Assembly (NCBI GenBank): GCA_963808235.1
Contig: CAWEEQ010000001.1
Location: 256,001 to 320,000, forward strand
Origin: an uncultured delta proteobacterium
GTDB lineage: Bacteria > Desulfobacterota > Binatia > Binatales > Binataceae
DNA length: 64,000 nt
Reading direction: 5' to 3'
Below, in pieces: positions 9,930 through 20,338 of the stretch (positions are counted from its first letter, which is position 1; each line of letters opens with the position of its first letter). The notes beneath the pieces are model-generated. The model had not been told where the DNA came from, made no database searches, and saw nothing but the letters and a program-made list of their open reading frames with translations. A program made the position numbers and the translations under genes.

Positions 9930-10839
9930 TCTGCGCCTCCTTGATGAAATCGATAATCGCGGGCGCGGCGATATCCGGATACTCGACGTGCGGATAATGC
10001 CCGGCGCCTTCGACCATCAGTCTTTTCCCATGCACATGACTCGCGACCCAGTCGGCCTCCGCCGCGGGATCGTCGAAGTCGGAGTCGCGCGAGCCCATCA
10101 CTACCAGCACCGGCGCGCGAACCTCGGGAATCCTCGCTTCGCACGGATTCTTCGACGCAGAGATCATCGCCTTGACCGCTTCGATTCGTCCGGGCTCCTT
10201 CAGGTTCGTTACGAGCGCTTCACGGTACGCAGGCAGGTCGGATGGTGGCGCTGACTTATAGAGCGACCCATAGTACATCGACCAAAACGACGGGCCCCAC
10301 GGACGAAGCATCGCGACTTTGAGGAAAGCAGTCAGAAAAGCAGAAGTCGGCATATCGCGGACGAACGGATCGATAAGCACGATTCCCGCGACAACTGAAG
10401 GAGCGTCGGCGGCCGTCCACACCGCAGCGGCGCCGGCCATCGAGTTGCCCAAGATGTACGCCTTCTTCGTGCCGAGATGATTGATCAGCGCGACAATATC
10501 CGCCCCCACCGAAGCGGCCGAGTAGTCGGGCCAATCGACCGAGGATTCGCCGTGTCCGCGCACGTCCATCGTGACCACGCGGAATCCGGCCGCTTCGAGT
10601 CGCGGTGCGAGAAGTCGATATTGCTGGCGCAGATCGCCGAGTCCGGGCACGCATATTACGATTGATCCGGCGCCGCCGGAGTCGTCGTAGGCGATTTGCC
10701 CATCGCGAAGTTTCAGCATCTGAGCTGGCTGCTCCGAGGTTGCACTCGATTGTGGCGCCGGCGTCGCGAGGGCGAACAGTGGAGTGCTTAGGGCCGCTGC
10801 GACGAGAATGACAGCTTCGCTTGTCGTGCTAAGTTTCAT
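9904..10839 (-). CDS. Alpha/beta hydrolase, probable signal peptide
   Basis: Motifs DVRGHGES, GNSMAG nucleophile elbow and GAGHYPH. Confidence 0.88.
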   Translation of the reverse strand: MKLSTTSEAVILVAAALSTPLFALATPAPQSSATSEQPAQMLKLRDGQIAYDDSGGAGSIVICVPGLGDLRQQYRLLAPRLEAAGFRVVTMDVRGHGESSVDWPDYSAASVGADIVALINHLGTKKAYILGNSMAGAAAVWTAADAPSVVAGIVLIDPFVRDMPTSAFLTAFLKVAMLRPWGPSFWSMYYGSLYKSAPPSDLPAYREALVTNLKEPGRIEAVKAMISASKNPCEARIPEVRAPVLVVMGSRDSDFDDPAAEADWVASHVHGKRLMVEGAGHYPHVEYPDIAAPAIIDFIKEAQIGDARRNL

Positions 10840-10848
10840 AGTTAAAAG

Positions 10849-10863
10849 ACTAATCGACTTAGT
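10849..10863. promoter_or_regulatory. Candidate TetR operator ACTAA-N5-TTAGT
   Basis: AT-rich inverted repeat about 10 bp upstream of the hydrolase-tetR start. Assignment to the TetR is inference. Confidence 0.45.
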
Positions 10864-10896
10864 TAGACTGCGCAAGCCTCCCGAGTGCTCGCCGCG

Positions 10897-10912
10897 AAAG
10901 TCCGCGGACTTT
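10897..10912. promoter_or_regulatory. Perfect 16-bp palindrome AAAGTCCGCGGACTTT
   Basis: Seen directly in a divergent intergenic region. Function unknown. Confidence 0.35.
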
Positions 10913-10995
10913 ACGGGTGATGGCGAAACCCTGCTAGAGTAGGCTCAAGTCCGAACCTAATGCTCAGGCGACCGAACGTTTCAAGGAGATCATTC

Positions 10996-12081
10996 ATGCG
11001 CGCTGCCATAATGCGAGGTCGAAAGCTTGTCGTCGATACAGTCCCAAGCCCGGAGCCCGGGCCGGGCGAAGCGCTGGTGAAAACGCTGGCGTGCGGGATT
11101 TGCGGCTCGGATCTGCACGCGCTCAAGCACGCTGAAAGACTGGTAGAGCGTTCGCGCAAGACGGGCGCGCCGTTCACAATGGATCTCAATCGCGACATCG
11201 TGATGGGCCATGAGTTTTGCGCGGAAGTGATCGATTACGGACCGCAAACACAAAAGCATATCAAGCCGGGGACGCGCGTCTGTGCGATGCCGGTGCTGAT
11301 CAGATCGACCGGCGTCGACGCGGTGGGCTATTCGAACGAAAATCCGGGCGGCTATGGTGAACTGATGCGGCTGACCGAATTTCTGCTGCTGGAAGTGCCC
11401 AACGGCCTTTCAACCGAGCGTGCCGCGCTTACGGAACCGATGGCGGTCGGATATCACGCCGTTCAGAAAGCGCGCCTCGGACAAGACGATGCGCCGCTGG
11501 TGATCGGATGCGGTCCGGTTGGGCTTGCTGTGATCGCGGCGCTGAAGCTCATCGGCGCGCATCCTATAGTCGCGGCAGATTTTTCGGCGCGTCGGCGCGA
11601 GCTGGCGACGCAGATGGGTGCCGACTTCGTGGTCGATCCCAGAGAGAAGTCGCCTTACGACAGCTGGAAAGAGATGGCCGTTTATGCCGATCCCGCGACG
11701 GCGCCGAAATTGCCGCCATGGATTCCGGGTCCCGCGGTGCGGCCCGCCGTGATTTTCGAATGTGTGGGCGTGCCCGGCGTGATCGAATCGATAATGGCGG
11801 CTGCGCCCGGCAACGCGCGGATCATCGTGGTCGGCGTTTGCATGGAGCGCGATCAGATCGAGCCACTGACTGGTATCAGCAAGGAACTCAATATCCAGTT
11901 TGTGCTCGGCTATTCCCCGGACGAGTTCGCCGCGACGCTGCGTCATCTCGCGGAAGGCAGGGTCAACGGCGATCCGCTGATCACCGGCAAGGTCGGAGTC
12001 GATGGAGTGGCGAAGGCGTTCGAGGATCTGGCTTCTCCGGAGACGCACGCGAAAATCCTGGTCGAGCCGTGGCATAGCTGA
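10996..12081 (+). CDS. Zinc-binding (MDR) alcohol dehydrogenase
   Basis: Motifs CGICGSDLH, GHEF, EPMAVG and GCGPVG. AAGGAG ribosome-binding site before ATG 10996. Confidence 0.92.
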   Translation: MRAAIMRGRKLVVDTVPSPEPGPGEALVKTLACGICGSDLHALKHAERLVERSRKTGAPFTMDLNRDIVMGHEFCAEVIDYGPQTQKHIKPGTRVCAMPVLIRSTGVDAVGYSNENPGGYGELMRLTEFLLLEVPNGLSTERAALTEPMAVGYHAVQKARLGQDDAPLVIGCGPVGLAVIAALKLIGAHPIVAADFSARRRELATQMGADFVVDPREKSPYDSWKEMAVYADPATAPKLPPWIPGPAVRPAVIFECVGVPGVIESIMAAAPGNARIIVVGVCMERDQIEPLTGISKELNIQFVLGYSPDEFAATLRHLAEGRVNGDPLITGKVGVDGVAKAFEDLASPETHAKILVEPWHS

Positions 12082-12144
12082 GATTGCCGAGGATTGCGCG
12101 CGTCGGGAGATAGCACGGGCATCGGCGCAATCGGAGAAACTTCG

Positions 12145-12906
12145 ATGGCACTACTGAGCGGCAAGGTAGCGTTGGTGACCGGCGCCGCGTCGGGAATCGG
12201 CAGGGCGGCGGCGCTCGTCTTTGCGCGCGAAGGCGCCCGCGTCATAGTCGCCGACACCGCGGATGAAGGAGGCGAGCAGACGGTCGCCGCGATACGCGAA
12301 GCGGGCGGCGAGGCGCAATTCGTGCGCTGCGATGTATCACACGCTCGTGACGTCGACGCGCTGGTCGCGGCGGCAGTGAAGACATTCGGGCGGCTCGACT
12401 GCGCATTCAACAACGCCGGCATCGCGGGACCGCAACGCAAGACCGCGGATTACGATGAGGACGAGTTCGATAAAATCATCGCGGTCGATCTGAAGGGCGT
12501 ATGGCTTTGCATGCGCGCCGAAATCCGCCAATTCCTCGCGCAGAAGGGACCTGGCGCGATCGTCAACACCGCGTCGGCGGCAGGCTTGGTCGCGTCGCAC
12601 TCGATGCCGGCGTACACCGCCGCAAAGCACGGGGTCGTCGGACTGACGAAGTGCGCGGCGCTCGAGTATGCGCGCTCAGGAATCAGGGTCAACGACGTTT
12701 GCCCCGGCGTGGTCGACACCCCGCTCGTGCATGGCATGATCGCCGGGCGGCCCAAGCTCGCGGCGCGACTCGACGAAGTCGAACCGATAGGACGCAAGGC
12801 GCGTCCCGAGGAAATAGCCGAAGCGGTCGTATGGCTATGCTCAGACCGAGCTTCATTCGTGACCGGATGCTCAATGTCAGTCGACGGCGGACTCACTGCC
12901 CAATAG
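12145..12906 (+). CDS. Short-chain dehydrogenase/reductase
   Basis: Motifs TGAASGIG, NNAG and YTAAK. Confidence 0.93.
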   Translation: MALLSGKVALVTGAASGIGRAAALVFAREGARVIVADTADEGGEQTVAAIREAGGEAQFVRCDVSHARDVDALVAAAVKTFGRLDCAFNNAGIAGPQRKTADYDEDEFDKIIAVDLKGVWLCMRAEIRQFLAQKGPGAIVNTASAAGLVASHSMPAYTAAKHGVVGLTKCAALEYARSGIRVNDVCPGVVDTPLVHGMIAGRPKLAARLDEVEPIGRKARPEEIAEAVVWLCSDRASFVTGCSMSVDGGLTAQ

Positions 12907-12918
12907 ATAGTAACTCCA

Positions 12919-14310
12919 ATGCTCGATCCGTTTATCGAAGCATGGCAACTGCGCGACTTAGTATTGAAAGGTGACATTCGTCCGCGCGAGGTCGCGGAGG
13001 TTTATCTTGCTCGAATCGAGCGCGCCAACCCGAAGCTCGGTGCGTATATGACTATTGCCGCGGATCGTGCGCTCGCCGATGCCGCACGACTGGAGACGTC
13101 GCGCGCGCGCTCTGCGTCGATGCCGCTTTACGGTGTGGCCTATTCGCTCAAGGATCTGACTCCGACGATCAACATCCGCACGACGCTCGGCTCGCGCAAT
13201 TACGCCGATTCGTTTCCGGCCCAGGAGGCGGTGATTGCCGAGCGCATGCACAATGCGGGTGGAATTCTGCTCGGCAAGACAAGTACGCCGGAATTTGGCG
13301 GGCGTCCGACTACCGAAGGCGGGCTTTGTCCGGTGGCGCACAATCCGTGGAATCTCGAGTACAACGCCGGCGGATCGAGCGGTGGCGCGGCAGCGGCGGT
13401 TGCCGCGGGCCTGGGTCCTCTGGCGGAGGGCAGCGACGGCGGCGGATCGATTCGCGGGCCGGCCTCGAATTGCGGCGTGGTCGGGCTGAAGCCGTCACGT
13501 GGACGGATAACCTATGCGCCGCATCGCGGCGAAGCGTGGGGAGGGTTCGCAACGCGCGGCCCCATCGCGCGATCGGTGCGCGACGTCGCGATGATGCTCG
13601 ACGTGATCGCCGGTCCCGTCGTCGGCGATCCCTATTGGGCGCCGCCGCCCGAGCGTCCCTTCGAACACGCAGTGCGGACACATGTTGGGAATCTCAGACT
13701 AGCGAAAATTGCCACTTCGAAACTCGGCGGAGTCGATTCCGATGTCGCGGCCACGTTTGAATCTGCTTGCGCCGCGATGACCGAGATGGGGCATCGAGTC
13801 GAGCCTCTCGACCTCGATCCCGGCGCGATGCTCATTGAATGCGCCCGCGTCTTGATCTGCGTCGGAATCGCCGCGGTTCCCGTGACCAATCCGGAATTGA
13901 TCGATCCAGTCGTGCGCGAGATGTACGAGTTCGGGCGCAAGGTCAGCGCGGCAGAGTATGTGAACCTGGTCGTCACGATGCACAACGTCGCGCGCGCGAT
14001 CGTCGAGCGCCTCGAGCCATACGATGCACTTCTAACGCCCACGATGACCCGGCCCGCGATGCGCAATGGAACCTTTCCATCGAAACCAAGTAGCTACCTG
14101 GATGAACTATGGACTTGGATTGCATTTGAGTATCCATTCAACGCGACCGGCCAGCCTGCAATTACTATCCCAGCGGGGTTCGGCCGCGCAGGACTGCCTA
14201 TTGGACTTCAGATCGTCGGGCGGCCCAACGGCGAGTTCGACTTGATCGCACTTGCGGCTGCTTTCGAGACGGCGCGTCCATGGAATCATCTGCGTCCGCC
14301 AGCAATGTAA
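12919..14310 (+). CDS. Amidase signature family protein
   Basis: Catalytic Lys in SLKD, plus GGSSGG and [12 protein letters not shown]. Confidence 0.93.
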   Translation: MLDPFIEAWQLRDLVLKGDIRPREVAEVYLARIERANPKLGAYMTIAADRALADAARLETSRARSASMPLYGVAYSLKDLTPTINIRTTLGSRNYADSFPAQEAVIAERMHNAGGILLGKTSTPEFGGRPTTEGGLCPVAHNPWNLEYNAGGSSGGAAAAVAAGLGPLAEGSDGGGSIRGPASNCGVVGLKPSRGRITYAPHRGEAWGGFATRGPIARSVRDVAMMLDVIAGPVVGDPYWAPPPERPFEHAVRTHVGNLRLAKIATSKLGGVDSDVAATFESACAAMTEMGHRVEPLDLDPGAMLIECARVLICVGIAAVPVTNPELIDPVVREMYEFGRKVSAAEYVNLVVTMHNVARAIVERLEPYDALLTPTMTRPAMRNGTFPSKPSSYLDELWTWIAFEYPFNATGQPAITIPAGFGRAGLPIGLQIVGRPNGEFDLIALAAAFETARPWNHLRPPAM

Positions 14311-14334
14311 ATCGCGCTTAGGAGAGTTCGAACG

Positions 14335-15063
14335 ATGCCAACATTCAAGCACGAAGACGTGTCGCTGTATTACGAGGAGTATGGCGCCGGGTATCCGATT
14401 CTGCTGTTCGCGCCCGGCGGGATGCGTTCCAGTATCGAGTTCTGGAGCAAGAGTCCGTTCGATCCGACCAAGGTGCTCGCGTCGGACTTTCGCGTGATCG
14501 CGATGGACCAGCGCAACGCCGGCAAGTCGAGCGCGCCCATCAGTGCCGCGGACGGATGGGAAACCTACACCAGTGATCACGTCGCGCTGCTCGATCATCT
14601 GGGAATCAAGCGATGCCACGTGATGGGCGGATGTATCGGATCGTCGTACTGTCTCGGCCTCATCAAGGCCGCGCCGGAGCGCGTCAGCGCCGCGATTTTG
14701 CAGAATCCGATCGGGCTCAGTCCGCGCAATCGCGAGATGTTTTTCGCGATGTTCGACGGCTGGGCGGAAGCTGTCAACAAGGAGCAGCGAAGGCTGGACG
14801 CGGCCGGACTCCGCGAGTTTCGCGATCGTATGTACGGTACCGATTTTGTTTTCAACGTGTCGCGCGAGTTCGTGCGCTCGTGCAAGACGCCGATGCTGAT
14901 CCTCTGCGGCAGCGACGACTATCATCCAACCGCGACGTCCAAGGAAATCGCCGAGCTTGCACCGAACGCCGAGCTCGTCGAGAACTGGAAAACTCCTGAC
15001 ACCATCGCGGGAACCGTGAAGCGGGTGCGCGAATTCCTGGCTTCGCACACACCAAAAAAATGA
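14335..15063 (+). CDS. Alpha/beta hydrolase with a Cys nucleophile
   Basis: DQRNAG motif, GGCIG elbow and DDYHP. GGAG ribosome-binding site. Confidence 0.85.
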   Translation: MPTFKHEDVSLYYEEYGAGYPILLFAPGGMRSSIEFWSKSPFDPTKVLASDFRVIAMDQRNAGKSSAPISAADGWETYTSDHVALLDHLGIKRCHVMGGCIGSSYCLGLIKAAPERVSAAILQNPIGLSPRNREMFFAMFDGWAEAVNKEQRRLDAAGLREFRDRMYGTDFVFNVSREFVRSCKTPMLILCGSDDYHPTATSKEIAELAPNAELVENWKTPDTIAGTVKRVREFLASHTPKK

Positions 15064-15074
15064 ATCCCCCGGAG

Positions 15075-17114
15075 CTAGCGATCGAGCGTCTTCTTGATTC
15101 GATCGGCGAGCCCGGAGAACCGCTCGACCGGGTTGTCGATCGCCGACCTGAAAGTTGATTCGGCGCCCAGCACCACGGTCGACCGCTTGCTGCGGCTGAT
15201 CGCGGTATAGATCAACTCGCGCGTCAGGATCGCGATCGGTTTCTCGGGAAGTACGATTGCGGTCGAATCGAATTCCGAACCCTGCGCCTTGTGCACGGTC
15301 ATCGCGTATGCGAGCTCGACGAATTCGCGCAGTGCCTCGAAGCGGAACGCGACGAAGTTGCCGGCGCGCGGAAATACCGCCATCGGGATCTGTCGAGCGT
15401 CGCCGGGCCGCACCCAGAGCCGGAGTCCCTGATCGCCGTTGAACAGTCCGCGTTCGTAATCGTTGCGCAGCACCAGCAACGGCTCGCCGACCACGAACGG
15501 CGCAAGCCGCGCCGCGACTGCCGCGTTTTCGGCGGCGCGAGCATGAAGATGCGCATTGATTACTTCAACGCCGGTATCGAGGACCCGCGTAACGCACAGG
15601 ATGCGCGATTTTCCCGCGTGCACGAACAGCCTGCGCAAGCGATCGCAGTCCGCGTCGTCGAATCCGCCGTCGCGCTCGATGTACTCATGCGCGAGAAGCT
15701 CCGCGATTTCCGCTCCGCTACGCACGCGCTCGTCGTACCAACGCTCGAGAAACGGCCTGAGTTCGCGAGCGTTCGCACTCATGAATTCGGCGCCGGAGAA
15801 GGTAATCTCGTCTGCCGACGATCTCCGCTCGAAGATTGGCTGCTTCGAACCGATCAGATCGGATCGTCCTTCCTTAATCGCTTGCGCGGCGCGCAGGATT
15901 GCGCCGCCCGCCGCGTCTTCTTTCTTCATCCGATGATTTTCTTCCAGTCGCACCGAGACAGTTCCGAGAATGCCGGAACCGTCGCCTACTCGCGGCACCA
16001 GATCGCGGAACACCGAGCCGGCGGCGACCGACGGAAGTTGGTCCGCATCGCCAAGCAGAATCAGCCGCGCTCCGGGCTGGATCGCATCCGTCAGTCGCTC
16101 CATCAAAGTAAGATCGAGCATCGATCCTTCGTCCACGATCACAACTTTGGCTGACAAAGGATTGTTGTGGTGATGGCGGAAGCGGCCCGAGTCAATCGAG
16201 TAGCCAAGGTGACGATGAATAGTTGCGGGCTCGGGATGCGCCTCCAGGAGCGCTCTGTCGATATCGTCCCCTTTCTCGATTCGCGACAAGGACTCGCGAA
16301 TACACTCGCCCATCCGGTACGCCGCCTTTCCGGTCGGCGCCGCGAGCAAAATATGTGCGGGATCGATTCCGAGCCGCACCATCAGTCGCATGATCGAAAC
16401 AACGATCGAAGTTTTTCCGGTGCCGGGACCTCCTGAGATCACGGTGAGACCCGCGCGCGCCGCGGCAGCAACAGCGTGGCGCTGCTCCGCCGACATCGCT
16501 ATTGGCCTGCCCTCCACGATCACCGGCCGCGAGAATACGCCGTCGAGAGCGGAGTTGAGCTCGTTCGTATCGAGCCGCGAGTTGACACCGTCGATCAGCA
16601 TCGCCGTGAGCCGGTTTGTAAGTTGTGATTCGCTGCGAAGAATTCTCTGATGAAATATGTACGGGGTAAGAAAGAGCAGCGGCTTGTAATCATCGTCCTC
16701 GCGGCCAATCACCGCGGATGCGCGATTCGAGTGAAGTAGCGCCTCGATTGATTTGTAAATTTTCTCGCTCGCATCGGGATCGAAGCCGTCGCCGCAAAGC
16801 GTACCGAGCATGCGGCGCATCGGCGTCGCCGAGATTGGACCTACGACCGGAAACCGCGTGCTTCCTTCCTGCGACGCGGCAAGCGAGACCAGGACGAGCG
16901 CAATAAGCGCGATTCGCTCGTCGGCTTCCAGAGCCGGTTCGAACGCGGCGAGCTCGGCCGCCAGGTGAACCGATTCGGACCCGAGGTTGAGTTCCGCGAC
17001 GTTAGCCTCGAGCGCGCGCATCTTTTCGGCGAATGCGGAACTTCGACCGCCGCGCGCTGCGTCAAAGCGTCTCCACGCAGTATCCATTCCGAGCAGTGAG
17101 TATTCCGATTTCAA
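15075..17114 (-). CDS. recD: Exodeoxyribonuclease V alpha subunit
   Basis: Motifs SGGPGTGKT, AAPTGKAA, TIHRHLG, VDEGSM, LLGDADQLPSV, AMTVHKAQGSEF and YTAISR. Confidence 0.95.
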   Translation of the reverse strand: MKSEYSLLGMDTAWRRFDAARGGRSSAFAEKMRALEANVAELNLGSESVHLAAELAAFEPALEADERIALIALVLVSLAASQEGSTRFPVVGPISATPMRRMLGTLCGDGFDPDASEKIYKSIEALLHSNRASAVIGREDDDYKPLLFLTPYIFHQRILRSESQLTNRLTAMLIDGVNSRLDTNELNSALDGVFSRPVIVEGRPIAMSAEQRHAVAAAARAGLTVISGGPGTGKTSIVVSIMRLMVRLGIDPAHILLAAPTGKAAYRMGECIRESLSRIEKGDDIDRALLEAHPEPATIHRHLGYSIDSGRFRHHHNNPLSAKVVIVDEGSMLDLTLMERLTDAIQPGARLILLGDADQLPSVAAGSVFRDLVPRVGDGSGILGTVSVRLEENHRMKKEDAAGGAILRAAQAIKEGRSDLIGSKQPIFERRSSADEITFSGAEFMSANARELRPFLERWYDERVRSGAEIAELLAHEYIERDGGFDDADCDRLRRLFVHAGKSRILCVTRVLDTGVEVINAHLHARAAENAAVAARLAPFVVGEPLLVLRNDYERGLFNGDQGLRLWVRPGDARQIPMAVFPRAGNFVAFRFEALREFVELAYAMTVHKAQGSEFDSTAIVLPEKPIAILTRELIYTAISRSKRSTVVLGAESTFRSAIDNPVERFSGLADRIKKTLDR

Positions 17115-20100
17115 GCCGGGCTCCGCGAATCCAGACTAGTAGTCATCAGCTCGGTTTCATAACTGACTATTTGCTTCCATGCGGGCCGCGCGAAATATAA
17201 GCCCGCCTTTCCGTCTCCGCTCGGAAGCACGCCGCGAAGAAAGACGTAGAGAAGGCCGCCGAACCTGGATTCGTAGTCGCGCTCCGTGCGAATGCCGAGC
17301 AGGCGGACAACGCCCAGGGCATACAGATCCGCCTGCAAACTGTAGTGACGTTGAACATGGGCGCTCACTGCAAACGGATCGTACGAAGGCAGGAGGTCGC
17401 CTTTCCAATCTGCAAAATAAAATTTGTTTTCTCGCTCAAAAACCAGGTCTATAAAGCCTCTGACGTAGCCGCGGTCGACGGTCCACGCGCCATCTGCAGC
17501 GTTTCCGGGCAGCTGATGATCCTTCTCCGGAATCGGGTATGCAAATTCCATTTCGCGCACTTTCGCCAACCGGTAGAGCCCGTTTTCAAGCACAGTCTGT
17601 CCGAGTGCGATGGGCGAGGTCAGCGCATTGAAAACAATTTCGGTTCCGCGCTCCATCCAGCGCGAATCGTTCACCCCGCTGCGTCGCATCGCCCCCGCGA
17701 ACAACTCGCGGATGTCCTCACGCGCCGCCCACGATCTCAGATCAGAGTTGTCGCCAATGGACTCAAATTCCAGTTTCTCGATTACCTCGTGCAGGAAAAT
17801 TCCGACCGCACGCCCGCCGGGCAGGTCAATGCCACCGGCATGCGGCTCGATCGAGTCGATCGCTCTCGCGAATTCGTTGGCATCCGAGTCATCCGCGTCG
17901 AACGGCTCCGCAGCGTCACGCGAATGTTGCAACGATGTGTACGACCAAATCCTCAGAGGAGCGTGTTTCGCCGCTATCGCGGAAATGTTCTTGCGCGCGT
18001 CATCGTCATGAGTTTCATCGACCAGCGCCAACGGCGGATTCCAGTCGCGCAGCGCCGCTTCGACGCTTCCCGGCTTCGGAGAATCTACGTTGGCTCGGCG
18101 CACTTCCTCGATCTCGAAAAGCTTTGGCGCTCGCTTGTCGTTCTTCAACAGAAATTTGAGCCGCTCATTCAGACGCTTGTAGAAACCATTGAGTCCGCGA
18201 ATCGACTTGTCGGGAAAGTAAGGCAAATACAGCTTTGAACGCGCGCGCGTCAGCGCAACGTACATCAGGCGCTGATCTTCTTCGGCTTCCTCGTTCCGAA
18301 TTGTCGTTTTCGCGGCATCTTGTTCTTCTTTGCTGACCGCAACGCGACGATCACCATTTTCGTGATATACCGCAATGCCGCCGTGACCTGCGCGATGAGT
18401 TCCGCCGAACAGAAAAACGACTTCAGCTTCGAGGCCCTTGCTCTTGTGAACAGTCATGATCTGCACCGCGTTGCTCTCGCTCTCGACACGCAAAACATCG
18501 CTGTCATCGCCGCCGGGTAACGCGCGATGCGAGATATAATCGGCAAGCAGTTCGATCAGCTCGGCGAGCGCGAGCCTTTTGGCGACGGCCTTCTCCAGTA
18601 AAATCTCGAATATGTGCACGTAGTTAGTCAGCTCGCGGCCGCTGCTGGAAAGGAACAGCTCGCGATTGACCAGTCCGCTGCGATGCAGCATCGCTTCGAA
18701 CAATTCGGCAAACCGCTCCTGCTCGGCGAGCGACTTCCATTCGTAGAGCCGCTCCAGGAGCGGATGCGACGGCAGTAGGTCCGCGACGTTCGCGAGACTC
18801 GTATACGGCACCGCGAAGAACGGCGTCATCCACGCCTTGAATCGACACGAGCGGCTTTCAGGCGATTGCACGCCCCTCAACCCGTCGAGAATGTCGCTCG
18901 CCTCCGGAGTTTCAAACAGACCCTCCTGCTTGTAGAAGACGAAGGGCACCCCGGCCGCGCGCAGATGCTTGCCGATTGAAATGCTCTCCGTATTCGAGCG
19001 CGTCAGAATGAAAATGTCTTTCGCTTCCACCAATTTGAGCGCGCCATCTTTGGCCCTGACCCGGAGTTGCGCCGACTCATCGCGGAGCATTTTCCTGATC
19101 GTCGTCGCGATATGAGAACCGATTGTTTCGCGCGCGCCAGCCGCCGAACACGGCTCGATCGTGGTCAACTTTAAAAGCGTGACGGGTTTGAAGGGATGGC
19201 GCTCATCCTCGGTGCTGAGCGTGCGTTTCACCGGGCTGTCATAAATAATTTCTCCGGTGAAGAATGGCGCCGCAGCGGTCTGCAGCAAGATCAAGTTCAC
19301 CGCCTCGATTAGTTTTCCGGAGGAACGGAAATTTTCAGTCAGCGGAACGAAAGCTGCCCTTTGTGCGTTCAATTCGGATCGAGCGGCGATGTAAGTGAAA
19401 ACGTCTGCGCCGCGGAATGCGTAGATTGCCTGTTTCGGATCGCCGATCAGATAGATGAAATTTTTCTCGCCATCGACGAAAATCCGCCGAAAGATCTTCC
19501 ACTGCAGTTCATCGGTGTCCTGGAATTCGTCGATGAGCGCATAGCGGTAGCGCTCGCGCAACGTCTCCGCGAGTCGCGCGCCTCGAACCTCGTCGAGAGC
19601 GGCGGCGAGCCACGCGAGCATATCGTCGTAGTCGAGCAGACCTTGTTCGCGCTTGACGCTATTCATGCGCGTCACAATTCGCGGCAGAAGTTCGTCGACT
19701 ACCCGCACTTCGATTGGAAGCGCTGCGCGTTCGCCCGCACTCAGCTGCGCATGGCGCGTCGGTTCATCGGTCATTAGATAGCGCTTCTGATGAGCCGCGT
19801 AGAGATGATCTTCCAGGACGTTTATCTGACGCGTCGCAAGCCAGTCGGCCAGCAATGTTCCGGCCGCTTGGTCGCTTGCGCCATGTTCCCGCAGCTCAGC
19901 TCGAAACGCCTGGTGAAAACTGCTCAGCGTGTCGGTAATTTGGACCTCGAATCGTGTACCGGTCTGAAAGGCCAGTTCAGAGAGGATCCGATGGCAGAAG
20001 CTGTGGATGGTTTGAATCGGCGCGCGATCGAATGCGAACAACGCTTCCCTGAGTTTGCGAACGCCTTCGGCGCCATCGCTCGCTCCCGTCGCCGACGCAT

Positions 20101-20338
20101 CGCCGATTGCCGATTCGAGCGTCGCGCGAATTCGCGAGCGCAGTTCGGTGGTCGCTTTCTCGGTGAACGTCACGACCAGAATGTTGTCGATGGTCGCGCT
20201 GGTCTTGAGCAGGATTTCGACGACCAGATTTTCGATGGTGTAAGTTTTGCCGGTGCCGGCGCTGGCCTCGATCACCGCATGCCGGTCGAGCGGTATCTGG
20301 TCGAGAATTGGCGGGCGCTGAAATTTCGATTCGCTCAT
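17111..20338 (-). CDS. recB: Exodeoxyribonuclease V beta subunit (helicase-nuclease)
   Basis: Motifs EASAGTGKT, TFTEKAT, DEFQDTD, IGDPKQAIYAFRGAD, MTVHKSKGLE, YVALTRA, and nuclease GFIDLVF...DWK. Overlaps recC and recD by 4 bp each. Confidence 0.95.
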   Translation of the reverse strand: MSESKFQRPPILDQIPLDRHAVIEASAGTGKTYTIENLVVEILLKTSATIDNILVVTFTEKATTELRSRIRATLESAIGDASATGASDGAEGVRKLREALFAFDRAPIQTIHSFCHRILSELAFQTGTRFEVQITDTLSSFHQAFRAELREHGASDQAAGTLLADWLATRQINVLEDHLYAAHQKRYLMTDEPTRHAQLSAGERAALPIEVRVVDELLPRIVTRMNSVKREQGLLDYDDMLAWLAAALDEVRGARLAETLRERYRYALIDEFQDTDELQWKIFRRIFVDGEKNFIYLIGDPKQAIYAFRGADVFTYIAARSELNAQRAAFVPLTENFRSSGKLIEAVNLILLQTAAAPFFTGEIIYDSPVKRTLSTEDERHPFKPVTLLKLTTIEPCSAAGARETIGSHIATTIRKMLRDESAQLRVRAKDGALKLVEAKDIFILTRSNTESISIGKHLRAAGVPFVFYKQEGLFETPEASDILDGLRGVQSPESRSCRFKAWMTPFFAVPYTSLANVADLLPSHPLLERLYEWKSLAEQERFAELFEAMLHRSGLVNRELFLSSSGRELTNYVHIFEILLEKAVAKRLALAELIELLADYISHRALPGGDDSDVLRVESESNAVQIMTVHKSKGLEAEVVFLFGGTHRAGHGGIAVYHENGDRRVAVSKEEQDAAKTTIRNEEAEEDQRLMYVALTRARSKLYLPYFPDKSIRGLNGFYKRLNERLKFLLKNDKRAPKLFEIEEVRRANVDSPKPGSVEAALRDWNPPLALVDETHDDDARKNISAIAAKHAPLRIWSYTSLQHSRDAAEPFDADDSDANEFARAIDSIEPHAGGIDLPGGRAVGIFLHEVIEKLEFESIGDNSDLRSWAAREDIRELFAGAMRRSGVNDSRWMERGTEIVFNALTSPIALGQTVLENGLYRLAKVREMEFAYPIPEKDHQLPGNAADGAWTVDRGYVRGFIDLVFERENKFYFADWKGDLLPSYDPFAVSAHVQRHYSLQADLYALGVVRLLGIRTERDYESRFGGLLYVFLRGVLPSGDGKAGLYFARPAWKQIVSYETELMTTSLDSRSPA

